Positions 19,013 through 27,749 of a DNA stretch of 38,797 bases are shown piece after piece. The translations under genes were made by a program, and so were the position numbers. The notes beneath the pieces are model-generated. The model was not told the origin of the DNA, made no database searches, and saw only the letters and a list, made by a program, of their open reading frames with translations. How positions within the stretch are numbered: position 1 is the first letter of the stretch; each line of letters starts with the position of its first letter. Origin of the DNA: Gemmatimonadota bacterium (GTDB lineage: Bacteria > Gemmatimonadota > Gemmatimonadetes > Gemmatimonadales > Gemmatimonadaceae); assembly GCA_041178365.1 (NCBI GenBank), contig JBEGVM010000148.1, positions 1 to 38,797 on the forward strand, in the 5' to 3' direction.

Positions 19013-19719
19013 CGCAGCCGTGCCGGGTCGAAGCGAAAGGTCACCGGCAGGATGTCATCACCAAACCCGGAGGGTAGCGGACCAAAGCGTCCCCTCGCCG
19101 CCTCGACCGCCCCTTCCGCCTCCACGTCGAACGCGAAGTTCCCACTCCGCTCCACGAATCGGAATCCCGACACACTGCCGTCTCGGTGGATGAAGAAAAG
19201 CACCTCGGCGGTCAGCGCCCCCGGGTTGCGTGGCCGAAAGTTCAACGCGATCTGTCGCACGATGTTCTGTAGATAACCGGGGAACGGGAACTGGATCCCC
19301 TCGGTGCGGACCATCGCGACATCGGACCCAGTCCCACCGACAGCGCCACCGCCGGCCGTCGGAGCGCGCGACACCGGCGCCGCCTTCGTTGGCGCTGCTG
19401 TCGACGGCGTGGCGCGCGTCGGCGTCTTCGCGGTCGGGGCCTTGATCGGCGCGGTCTTGCCGGGATCGGTGCGCTCAGGGCGGGACGGCGTCGGGGCAAC
19501 CTCCGCGGGCCGCGCGGGCTCGGGAGCTGCTTCGCGCACGACCCCAGCCGCCCGCTCACCCGCCGGTGCGGCGACGAGGGTCACGGCGTACATCGTGGGG
19601 AGCGCGGGGGGCGCCGAGGTGCGCACGACGAGCAACGCGAACCCGGCGAGCAGGTGCACGACCGCCGAGATCGCCAAAGGACCACGCAGCTCCGGAGCCC
19701 CGCGGAGCGCATGACTCAC
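19009..19719 (-). CDS. tolA: TolA/TonB-family energy transducer (short)
   Basis: TM with SAVVH (SxxxH) motif; Pro/Thr/Ala-rich linker; TonB_C-like domain (FFIHRDGSV...SGNFAFD..A..AV); tol operon context. Confidence 0.8.
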   Translation of the reverse strand: MSHALRGAPELRGPLAISAVVHLLAGFALLVVRTSAPPALPTMYAVTLVAAPAGERAAGVVREAAPEPARPAEVAPTPSRPERTDPGKTAPIKAPTAKTPTRATPSTAAPTKAAPVSRAPTAGGGAVGGTGSDVAMVRTEGIQFPFPGYLQNIVRQIALNFRPRNPGALTAEVLFFIHRDGSVSGFRFVERSGNFAFDVEAEGAVEAARGRFGPLPSGFGDDILPVTFRFDPARLR

Positions 19720-20132
19720 TTCTCGACGTCCTCCGGCTCCGTCACGAGCCCGACATCACCGACCCCCGAGGCTCGCATGATCGCCAGGACCCGGACCACC
19801 TGGCCGTAGTCCGCCCGCTGATCGGCGCGGAGATAGACGCCCCCCTGCCCCGACTTCTCCGCCAAGGCGCGGAACATCCCCCGGAACTCCCGGAGCGAGA
19901 CGCGCACGTCGTCGAGATAGATGCGCCCATCCCGGGTGATGGACACCACGAGGGGCTGCTTCGCATCCAGCGGACGCGCTTCGGCCCGCGGGAGTGAGAC
20001 ATCCACGCCCCCCTGCATCATCGGGGCCGTGATCATGAAGATGATCATCAGGAGCATCATCACATCGATCAGCGAGACGACGTTGATCTCCGCATTGAGG
20101 GGCGTCCGCTCCCCGCGGGCGCGGCGTCGCAT
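19716..20132 (-). CDS. tolR: TolR/ExbD
   Basis: EINVVSLIDVMMLLMIIFMITAPMM; LRADQRADYGQVV. Confidence 0.9.
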   Translation of the reverse strand: MRRRARGERTPLNAEINVVSLIDVMMLLMIIFMITAPMMQGGVDVSLPRAEARPLDAKQPLVVSITRDGRIYLDDVRVSLREFRGMFRALAEKSGQGGVYLRADQRADYGQVVRVLAIMRASGVGDVGLVTEPEDVEK

Positions 20133-20133
20133 C

Positions 20134-20841
20134 CTAGAGCCGTCCCTCGCGCGCGATGAGCGCGATCACTTCCGTGCCGAAGGCGTCGAGCTCGCCATCG
20201 AGGCGGTTCAGTCGTGCGGCAAAGATGTTGTACCCGAAGTAGGCGGGGATGGCGACGGCGAGGGCGAAGGCCGTCGCGACGAGCGCTTCGGCCACACCCG
20301 GCGCGACCGCCGCAAGGTTCCCCGACCCGCCGCGCGCGACGCCGAGGAACGCGCTGATCACGCCGAGCACCGTGCCGAGCAGTCCGAGGAGCGGGCTCAC
20401 CGAGCCGACCATCGCCAGAAAGGGGATGTAGGTCCCCAACCGATCACGCTCGGTGTTGGTCTCCGCATCCAGCACGAGGCGCAGCGCCTCGACCTGCGAG
20501 GCCGAGAGCGCATCACTCCGCTGCCCAGCTCCCCCCGTCCGCAGATCATCGAGGAACCGGACCGCCCGTTGCAGGATGCGCGGGTGCGCGCCCTCCTCCC
20601 CGCGCACGAGGAGGAGCCCCTCCGCTTCACTGAACGAGCGACACCCGCTGAACTCCGCCTGGAACTCCCGACCCGCGCGCTCCACTGCTCGGAAAGTGCG
20701 CCACTTGGAGAGCATCACAGCCCACGAGAGGAGGGAGAGCACGCCGAGGACGGCGAGGACGGTGAGGGTGACGCCTGAGCTCGCGAGAATCAGCTCGATC
20801 GGCGACGAGGGGACGGCTGCCGTCATTTGCGCAATGATCAC
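20134..20841 (-). CDS. tolQ: TolQ/ExbB proton channel
   Basis: SPLLGLLGTVLGVISAF; VAPGVAEALVATAFALAVAIPA. Confidence 0.9.
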   Translation of the reverse strand: MIIAQMTAAVPSSPIELILASSGVTLTVLAVLGVLSLLSWAVMLSKWRTFRAVERAGREFQAEFSGCRSFSEAEGLLLVRGEEGAHPRILQRAVRFLDDLRTGGAGQRSDALSASQVEALRLVLDAETNTERDRLGTYIPFLAMVGSVSPLLGLLGTVLGVISAFLGVARGGSGNLAAVAPGVAEALVATAFALAVAIPAYFGYNIFAARLNRLDGELDAFGTEVIALIAREGRL

Positions 20842-21788
20842 TGAGTGTTGAACCAGTCGAAGGTCCGGCGAAGCCCCTCATCCAACGACATCGCGGGGCT
20901 CCACCCAAGGTCGGCGCGTGCCTTATCGATACACACGACCGATCGACGTTGTTCACCAGCGCGTGGGGGCGCATGCTCGACTGGGACACGCCGACCCGTG
21001 CCACGCATCAGCGCCGCCGCCAGCTCGAGCACCGAGGTCTCGATCTGCGTGCCGAGGTTGAAGGCCCGCACATCCACCGTCCCCGCCGGGAGTACCGGAA
21101 GCGCCACGGCACGGAGATGCGCGCGCGCGACATCACCCACATAGACGTAGTCACGGGTCTGCCCGCCATCGCCGAAGACGGTGAGAGGCGTCCCCGCGCG
21201 GAGGCGCTGACAGAAGATCGCGACGACCCCCGCCTCCCCATGCGGATCCTGGCGCGGGCCGTAGACGTTCGCGAAGCGAAGGGCGACGTAGTCGAGCCCA
21301 TGGATCCGCGCGTAGTAGCCGAGGTAGAGCTCCACGGCGTACTTGGCGATCCCGTACGGGGAGTCGGGATTCTTCTCGAAGGTCTCGAGGTTGGGCGGCG
21401 TGACGAGATCGCCGTAGACCGCGCCGCCGGTCGAGGCAAAGACGAATCGCGTCTGGCGCCCCGAGGCGCGCATCGCCTCGATCAGGTTGAGCGACCCCTT
21501 GATATTCACGTCGGCGTCGAAGCCAGGTTCGGCGACGCTCTTCCGCACATCCATCTGCGCGGCGAGATGGCAGATCAGATCGAACCCGCCCTCTCGGACA
21601 CAGCGGGCCGCCTCGGCGGACCGGATGTCCGCGTGAACGAAGGTCGCAGCCGCAGGAACCTGGGTGCGCTTCCCGCTCGAGAGATCATCAATGACGGTGA
21701 CGGACCAGCCGTCAGCGAGGAGGGCATCGGCGACGTGGGAGCCGATGAAGCCCGCTCCCCCGGTGATCAGTGCGCGTCGTGAAGTCAT
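20838..21788 (-). CDS. NAD-dependent nucleotide-sugar epimerase (GalE-like extended SDR)
   Basis: Start ATG 21788 (MTSRRALITGGAGFIGSH); HLAAQMDVRKSV; ASTGGAVYG; catalytic YGIAK; NVYGPRQDPHGEAGVVAIF. Confidence 0.9.
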   Translation of the reverse strand: MTSRRALITGGAGFIGSHVADALLADGWSVTVIDDLSSGKRTQVPAAATFVHADIRSAEAARCVREGGFDLICHLAAQMDVRKSVAEPGFDADVNIKGSLNLIEAMRASGRQTRFVFASTGGAVYGDLVTPPNLETFEKNPDSPYGIAKYAVELYLGYYARIHGLDYVALRFANVYGPRQDPHGEAGVVAIFCQRLRAGTPLTVFGDGGQTRDYVYVGDVARAHLRAVALPVLPAGTVDVRAFNLGTQIETSVLELAAALMRGTGRRVPVEHAPPRAGEQRRSVVCIDKARADLGWSPAMSLDEGLRRTFDWFNTQ

Positions 21789-21794
21789 CCCTGA

Positions 21795-21800
21795 AAGATA
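21795..21800 (-). promoter_or_regulatory. -10 element of a probable leaderless promoter for the epimerase-tol operon
   Basis: TATCTT exactly 6 nt before ATG 21788; no SD and no clear -35. Confidence 0.45.
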
Positions 21801-21828
21801 GGGAGTGCCGAGTGGCGCGCGGGAGCGC

Positions 21829-22971
21829 TTAGGGGAGCCGCGCCGTGACCCGCCCCGTGGTCCCGACGGCGATCGCGCCATCGACCTGGCTCAGCAGGAC
21901 GGCGCTCGCCCCGGCGCGGGTGACCCGTACGACCTGGGCCACCGCGAGATCGACGGGGTCCGGCATCGGCGCGCGACGCCGCGACGGCCGGTCTTGCTTC
22001 ACCAGCGTGACCTGATCGCCGACCCGCAGACCATCCCCCGACCCCTTGGCCAGGAGGATCGCGGCGCCCGGGGCCGGAAGGAGCGCATTGTCTGCAATCC
22101 ACAGCACCGCGGTGGTCGGGCCCGCTGTGAGACGGGTGGGTACCGAGTCGGTCACCTCGGCTGGACTCCAGCTCGGGACCACCACGTGGTCCTCCTCGAC
22201 CTGATCGAACTTCGTCACCAGCTCAGCGACCCCACCGGCCGAATCCGAGACGACGCGGAGGAGCCCGGTGGGGATGGCGACGCGGCCGATGCCCTTGAGG
22301 GTCGGGCCGTATCGCAGGGTCAGCAACGTCATGCCAGCCGAGACCGTGCTCCCTCGCGGGAGGACGAGCCGAACCCGATCATAGAGCTGCACGACCCGAG
22401 TCGAGGAGACGGCCGTTCGTGCGGTCGATCGCACCGGGGGCAACACCAGGCGCCCAGCCCCCTCGAGGCCGCCGAGGCTGACGAGAAACGGGACCCGCTC
22501 CGCCTCTCGACGACGTGCCGCCCAGAGTGAGGCGGGATCGCCGCCGATGACCCGCGGCGCTCCCGCGGGCGCAGCCGTACGCGCGGCGGCGCCACCCGGG
22601 GTGCCACTCTGGGCGCCACTCTGGGCGCCAGCGGCTGTTGCTGATTGCGGCGCTGCGCTCGCTGGTCCGGTCTCCACCGGCGCCGCCGGCTCACCCGTGA
22701 TCAGGAGCACCCACCCCGGTTCGATCAGATCGGGGTCTTGGATCAGTGCGGAGTTCTTGCGGAAGATCTCCGGCCAACCGAACGGATTGCCGAGGTACTT
22801 GGCCGCGAGCCCCCACAGGGTATCGCCTCGCTTGACCGTATGCGTGACGGCGGGGACCTCCCCACTCGGGGAGGTCCCCGCCCCCGTCGCCTGCGCCCCG
22901 ATGCCCTCAGGGCCGCCGCAGAGGACCGCAGCGCCCAGGAGCAGCGCGCGCAGACGACGTCGCGTGGTCAT
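21829..22971 (-). CDS. Exported LysM peptidoglycan-binding protein
   Basis: Start ATG 22971 with signal peptide; LysM HTVKRGDTLWGLAAKYLGNPFGWPEIFRKNSALIQDPDLIEPGWVL; C-terminal beta-rich region. Confidence 0.85.
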   Translation of the reverse strand: MTTRRRLRALLLGAAVLCGGPEGIGAQATGAGTSPSGEVPAVTHTVKRGDTLWGLAAKYLGNPFGWPEIFRKNSALIQDPDLIEPGWVLLITGEPAAPVETGPASAAPQSATAAGAQSGAQSGTPGGAAARTAAPAGAPRVIGGDPASLWAARRREAERVPFLVSLGGLEGAGRLVLPPVRSTARTAVSSTRVVQLYDRVRLVLPRGSTVSAGMTLLTLRYGPTLKGIGRVAIPTGLLRVVSDSAGGVAELVTKFDQVEEDHVVVPSWSPAEVTDSVPTRLTAGPTTAVLWIADNALLPAPGAAILLAKGSGDGLRVGDQVTLVKQDRPSRRRAPMPDPVDLAVAQVVRVTRAGASAVLLSQVDGAIAVGTTGRVTARLP

Positions 22972-22975
22972 CCGA

Positions 22976-23443
22976 TCAGAACGGCAGATCGTCGTCGCCG
23001 TCCATCGCCGCCGGGAACTCCTCGAAGCCATCTGAGGCGCCCTCCGACTTCGCGCCAGCCGCCGCCCGCATCGGCCGGCCCTCACCTTCCCCACCGCGAC
23101 CGCCACCGAGGAGGACGATCTCGCGCACGTTGATCTCGGTCACATAGCGCGTCTGCTTGTCCTTGTCCTCGTACTGCCGATACTCGACGCGCCCCTCGAC
23201 GAAGAGCTTGTCGCCCTTCTTCACATAGCGCTCGATGATGTCGGCGAGACCGGTGCCCTTGGCGTTCCACGCCACGCACTTGTGCCACTCGGTCTTCTCC
23301 TGCTTCTCCCCGCTCGCCGAATTCCACTGCCGGCTGGTCGCGAGGGAGAACTGTGCCACCTTGTTCCCGCCGCCCGTCGAGCGGATCTCGGGGTCGGCAC
23401 CCACGTTGCCCACGAGGGTCACCTTGTTCACGCTACGGCTCAT
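22976..23443 (-). CDS. ssb: Single-stranded DNA-binding protein
   Basis: SVNKVTLVGNVGADPEIR, EKTEWH, C-terminal DDDLPF; AGGAGG RBS. Confidence 0.97.
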   Translation of the reverse strand: MSRSVNKVTLVGNVGADPEIRSTGGGNKVAQFSLATSRQWNSASGEKQEKTEWHKCVAWNAKGTGLADIIERYVKKGDKLFVEGRVEYRQYEDKDKQTRYVTEINVREIVLLGGGRGGEGEGRPMRAAAGAKSEGASDGFEEFPAAMDGDDDLPF

Positions 23444-23528
23444 GCTGCCTCCTAGTTAGGGTCTGTCCGCGCGCTCACCCTACTGCCGTCCCGCGGCCGC
23501 CGTCGCATCGGAAACACCTGCCCATAAC

Positions 23529-24635
23529 CTAATCGCCGCCGCCCACGGGCGCCCGTCGCATCAGGACCGCATCCTCGGGAGGTGCCGTGTAGTACCCCCG
23601 CCGCCGGCCCACGGGGAGGAATCCCTGGCGACGGTAGAGGGTCTGGGCGGCGATGTTGCTCGCGCGGACCTCGAGGAAGACGGTGTCCCCGCCGTCGGCA
23701 TCGAGTGCTCGGAGGACCTCAGCGAGCAGGGCATCCCCTATCCCCTGACGACGCCGAGCGGGATGCACCGCGAGGTTCAGCAGCTCCGCCTCCGGCCCAA
23801 CCCGCCGGAGGATGGCGTATCCCACGACCTCGCTGCCCACCTCTGCAACAACGCACCGATCGGTCGGCGAGCTGATCGTCTCGGCGAGCATCGCCGCACT
23901 CCAGGGATCGGAGAAGCTGGCCTGCTCGATGGCATGGATGGCCGTGAGATCGTTCAGGTCCGCCGTGCGCGCGCGACAGAGTGACGCACGCAACGGACGC
24001 CCATGCGCCGCCTCCCACTTCACCTGCGCCTCCGCCAATCGCCCATAGAGCGGTTCCCATCCCGGCAGGTCAACCGGCCCGAGGGTCCGCGCGAGCGAGA
24101 GCACCCCCACCGCCTCTCGCGCATGGGGCATGGCTTCGTGGGCTGTGTCGCACGCCCCTGCGGGGAGACAGCCGAGCTGCTCCACCGTGGTGATGCGGCC
24201 CTGCGCATCGCGGTGGAGGACCGCGACGTAATACTCCCCGCGGAGCGCGTCGAGACGCACCGGCGTGGTCCCTGACGGTGTCGGAGTGAGCGCGAGCGAC
24301 GGGACGGCGAAGAGGGGAATCTCGCGGCCCTCGGCCAGCCCCTTGGCGATCGCGCCGACGACGCGGAGCGCGGTGAAGCTGCCTGGCCCCGCGCCGACGA
24401 GGATCCCCTGCAGGTCAGGGAGCGCGACGCCGGCACGCTCGAGCGTGGCGAGCACGGCGGGGAAGAAGCGCTCCTCCTCCATGCTCCGCATCTCAACCGT
24501 CTCCTCGACGACGAGCGCACCCCCCTGCAGGACTGCGACGGTGCCGGCGCCCGTCGCGGCATCCATGACGAGAACCGTGCCGTCGAGCGGATGGCGCGCG
24601 ACCTCAGGCGCTGGAGCGATGGCGTCCGACCTCAC
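23529..24635 (-). CDS. tsaB-rimI: Fusion of TsaB (t6A tRNA modification) and a RimI-type GNAT N-acetyltransferase
   Basis: TsaB: VLVMDAA, GAGPGSFTALRV..AIAKGLA, LDALRGEYY. RimI: IEQASFSDPWS, LLNLAVHPARRRQGIG, FLEVRASN..AQTLY, RRGYY...EDAVLM. No stop at the junction (about 23990). Confidence 0.88.
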   Translation of the reverse strand: MRSDAIAPAPEVARHPLDGTVLVMDAATGAGTVAVLQGGALVVEETVEMRSMEEERFFPAVLATLERAGVALPDLQGILVGAGPGSFTALRVVGAIAKGLAEGREIPLFAVPSLALTPTPSGTTPVRLDALRGEYYVAVLHRDAQGRITTVEQLGCLPAGACDTAHEAMPHAREAVGVLSLARTLGPVDLPGWEPLYGRLAEAQVKWEAAHGRPLRASLCRARTADLNDLTAIHAIEQASFSDPWSAAMLAETISSPTDRCVVAEVGSEVVGYAILRRVGPEAELLNLAVHPARRRQGIGDALLAEVLRALDADGGDTVFLEVRASNIAAQTLYRRQGFLPVGRRRGYYTAPPEDAVLMRRAPVGGGD

Positions 24636-25060
24636 CAGGTCACCCGTCGGTGCGAGGGATCGGTCGGGAGATGTGCGAGCTGGATCCGCTGCACCTCATG
24701 CGGCAACCACTTCCCCGCCCGCTCCGGCCACTCGACGACCACGAGCCCATTCGCCCCGAGCATCTCATCCCAGCCGATCGGCGCGAGCTGTTCGGGGCGT
24801 TCGAGCCGATACAGATCGAAATGATGGAGCGGACCGCGTGGGGCGGCATACGCGTGCACGATCGCATAGGTGGGACTCGTGACCTCCACCGAGACCCCCC
24901 ATCCACGCGCGATGGCCTGCGCGAGGGTGGTCTTCCCTGCGCCGAGGTCGCCCTCCAGCGCGAGGATGGTGCCCGGCTCGGCCGCCTCCCCGAGCGCATA
25001 GCCCCACGCGCGAAGCTCCGCTTCGGAGAGCTCAGCGACGGGCACGGCCGCCCCCGCCAC
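24632..25060 (-). CDS. tsaE: t6A biosynthesis ATPase TsaE
   Basis: [32 protein letters not shown]. Confidence 0.95.
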   Translation of the reverse strand: MAGAAVPVAELSEAELRAWGYALGEAAEPGTILALEGDLGAGKTTLAQAIARGWGVSVEVTSPTYAIVHAYAAPRGPLHHFDLYRLERPEQLAPIGWDEMLGANGLVVVEWPERAGKWLPHEVQRIQLAHLPTDPSHRRVTW

Positions 25061-27113
25061 GCTGTGATCCCGAGCCAGGACGTGGGCGCCCCTCGCCCAT
25101 CGCCGCCTTGAGATCGAACAACTCGTCGCGCAGGCGAGCGGCGGATTCGAAGTCGAGGTTCTTCGCGGCGGTCCGCATCTCCTCCTCCAAGCGCGCGATC
25201 AGCCCGGGCAGATCGTCGGTCCCATAGGTCCGTTCCGCTTCGGCGACCTTCTTCCGGGTCTGCCGGGAGGCACGCTCCCCTTCGCGCGCGGCCGTCCCAT
25301 CACGTGCATCGGCGACGCGGGTCACGATCCGCACCTGGTCCGTGCTCTTGGTCACCCCCCGCGGCGTGATCCCGTGCGCGAGGTTGTGGGCCTCCTGCCG
25401 CACGCGTCGGCGCGAGGTCTCGTCGAGACACCGTTGCATCGAGCCCGTGATGCGGTTGGCGTAGAAGATCGCGCGCCCATCCACGTGTCGAGCGGCTCGC
25501 CCGACGGTCTGGATGAGCGAGCGATCCGAGCGGAGGAAGCCTTCCTGATCCGCGTCCAGGATCGCGACGAGCGAGACCTCGGGGAGATCGAGCCCCTCGC
25601 GCAGGAGGTTGATCCCGATCAGCACATCGAACTCCCCCAGACGGAGCCCACGGACGATCTCCATGCGCTCGATCGCGTCGATGTCGGCGTGCATGTAGCG
25701 GACCCGCACCCCCACCTGCGCGAGATAATCGGAGAGATCCTCCGCCATGCGCTTGGTGAGGGTGGTGACGAGGACGCGCTCCCCACGGCGCTCGCGCAGT
25801 CGGATCTCGTGTAGGAGGTCGTCGACCTGCCCCTGCACCGGGCGGATCTCGATCACCGGATCGAGGAGCCCCGTGGGACGGATCACCTGTTCGACCACGA
25901 CGCCCCCACCGAGGGAGAGCTCTAACTCCCCGGGGGTCGCGGAGACGTTCACCGCGTGAGGGGTAAGCGCTAGGAACTCATCGAACTTGAGCGGACGGTT
26001 GTCGAGGGCGCTCGGGAGTCGGAATCCATACTCGACCAAGGTGGTCTTCCGGGCGCGGTCGCCGTTGTACATCCCCCCGATCTGCGGGAGGGAGACGTGC
26101 GATTCGTCGACGACGACCAGGAAGTCCTCGGGGAAATAATCGAGGAGGCAGGCGGGGCGCGCGCCGGGCTGCCGCCCCGCGAGGATCCGCGAGTAGTTCT
26201 CGATGCCGGGGCAGGTCCCGATCTCCAACATCATCTCGATGTCGAAGTTGGTCCGTGACTCCAGCCGCTGGGCCTCGAGGAGCTTCCCCGCCCCCTTCAG
26301 CTCCGCCAACCGCTCGGTGAGTTCGGCGCGGATCTCCTTCACGGCACGCTCCAGCGTGGGGCGCGTGGTCACGAAGTGCTTCGCCGGGTAGACCGCCGTG
26401 CGCTCGAGGGTCGCGATCGTCGAACCGGTCAGCGGGTCGATCTTGGTGATGCGCTCGATCTCGTCACCGAACATCTCGATCCGGACCCCCTGCTCCTCGT
26501 ACGCGGGGAGGATCTCCACCGTATCCCCGCGCACGCGGAAGGTCCCCCGCGCGAACTCCACGTCGTTGCGCCCGTATTGGATCTTCACGAGCGCGCGCAG
26601 GATATCGTCGCGCGCGATCGTCTGCCCGACCTCGAGCGTCACCATCGCCTGGCGGTAGGTCTCCGGATCGCCGAGGCCGTAGATCGCCGAGACCGTCGCG
26701 ACGATGATGACATCCTCGCGCTCCATGAGCGAGGAGGTCGCGCGGAGCCGGAGGCGATCGATGTCCTCATTGATCGACGCGTCCTTCTCGATGTAGGTGT
26801 CCGAGGCGGGGACGTAGGCCTCGGGTTGGTAGTAGTCGTAGTAGGAGATGAAGTACTCGACCGCATGCTGCGGAAAGAACCCCTTGAGTTCCCCGTAGAG
26901 CTGCGCGGCGAGGGTCTTGTTGTGTGAGAGCACCAACGCGGGGCGCCCGTGGGCGGCGATGACGTGCGCCATCGTCATCGTCTTCCCCGAACCGGTGACA
27001 CCCAGGAGGGTCTGGAAGCGATCACCGCGCGCGAGCCCGGCGGAGAGCTCCGCAATGGCGCGCGGCTGGTCGCCCGCGGGTTGGAACGGGGCTTCGACCG
27101 AGAAGAACGTCAT
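25032..27113 (-). CDS. uvrB: Excinuclease ABC subunit B
   Basis: [45 protein letters not shown]-terminal UVR motif [11 protein letters not shown]. Confidence 0.98.
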   Translation of the reverse strand: MTFFSVEAPFQPAGDQPRAIAELSAGLARGDRFQTLLGVTGSGKTMTMAHVIAAHGRPALVLSHNKTLAAQLYGELKGFFPQHAVEYFISYYDYYQPEAYVPASDTYIEKDASINEDIDRLRLRATSSLMEREDVIIVATVSAIYGLGDPETYRQAMVTLEVGQTIARDDILRALVKIQYGRNDVEFARGTFRVRGDTVEILPAYEEQGVRIEMFGDEIERITKIDPLTGSTIATLERTAVYPAKHFVTTRPTLERAVKEIRAELTERLAELKGAGKLLEAQRLESRTNFDIEMMLEIGTCPGIENYSRILAGRQPGARPACLLDYFPEDFLVVVDESHVSLPQIGGMYNGDRARKTTLVEYGFRLPSALDNRPLKFDEFLALTPHAVNVSATPGELELSLGGGVVVEQVIRPTGLLDPVIEIRPVQGQVDDLLHEIRLRERRGERVLVTTLTKRMAEDLSDYLAQVGVRVRYMHADIDAIERMEIVRGLRLGEFDVLIGINLLREGLDLPEVSLVAILDADQEGFLRSDRSLIQTVGRAARHVDGRAIFYANRITGSMQRCLDETSRRRVRQEAHNLAHGITPRGVTKSTDQVRIVTRVADARDGTAAREGERASRQTRKKVAEAERTYGTDDLPGLIARLEEEMRTAAKNLDFESAARLRDELFDLKAAMGEGRPRPGSGSQRGGGGRARR

Positions 27114-27142
27114 CGCCGACCCGACCGCGGCGTCCCCGATGG

Positions 27143-27184
27143 CATAATCCGAGATAATGCGTTACTGATTATCTCACGATTATG
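27143..27184. promoter_or_regulatory. AT-rich imperfect palindrome (putative operator) between divergent uvrB and hns
   Basis: CATAATC-c-GAGATAAT [gcgttactg] ATTATCTC-ac-GATTATG. Confidence 0.6.
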
Positions 27185-27230
27185 GCGCGCCCGACGTGGC
27201 GCCCCCGATACCCTCGCACCGGATCCCCGT

Positions 27231-27710
27231 ATGGCTCGCGCTGCCGTCCCCGATGTCATCCGAGAGAAGATACACGCACTCCAGTCCAAGCTGGAGCAGA
27301 TCGAGACCCAGCAGCGGGCGACTCGCGCCGCGGCACTCGGGTTCGTCTCCGAGGCCCTCGAGCGGCTCGGCCTGACGTTGCAGGATGTCGCGGCTGGGCT
27401 CGGGAGCCGCCGAGGCCGGAAGGCGGCAGGGGCAACGGGGCGTGGCGCGTCTCGCGGGAAGACGGGGGCCAAGACGAGCCCGAAGAAGCAGGGGAAGCGC
27501 GGGCGGCCAGCCAAGGCCGCGGGCAACAAGCCAAGGAAGGCCCGCGCGAAGGGCGCGAAGGGGGCGAGGCGGTCCGCAGCCAAGGGCGCCAAGGTCCCAG
27601 CCAAGTATCGTAGCCCCAATGGGGAGAGCTGGTCGGGCCGCGGGAAGCAGCCGCGGTGGCTCGCCGCGCTCGTCGCCGAGGGCCGCTCGCCTGCGGAGTT
27701 CCTGCTCTAG
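27231..27710 (+). CDS. hns: H-NS family nucleoid protein with long Lys/Arg/Ala/Gly-rich linker
   Basis: ATG 27231; N-terminal coiled coil ending LGLTLQDV; C-terminal H-NS DNA-binding signature KYRSPNGESWSGRGKQPRWL...AEFLL; 159 aa. Confidence 0.88.
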   Translation: MARAAVPDVIREKIHALQSKLEQIETQQRATRAAALGFVSEALERLGLTLQDVAAGLGSRRGRKAAGATGRGASRGKTGAKTSPKKQGKRGRPAKAAGNKPRKARAKGAKGARRSAAKGAKVPAKYRSPNGESWSGRGKQPRWLAALVAEGRSPAEFLL

Positions 27711-27716
27711 ATCATC

Positions 27717-27746
27717 GTGGGGGCGTCAGCCGATGGACGCCCCCGC
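27717..27746. terminator. Hairpin between convergent hns and the membrane-protein gene
   Basis: GGGGGCGTC (27719-27727) pairs with GACGCCCCC (27736-27744); 8-nt loop. Confidence 0.55.
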
Positions 27747-27749
27747 CTC

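Noticed and set aside
22603-22626. Tandem 12-bp repeat GCCACTCTGGGC x2
   Set aside because: It is an in-frame duplication (GAQS-GAQS) in the low-complexity linker of the LysM protein, not an array or contingency locus.
26949-27230. N-terminal extension of the H-NS ORF
   Set aside because: It overlaps the uvrB start and the intergenic palindrome. ATG 27231 gives a normal H-NS N-terminus.
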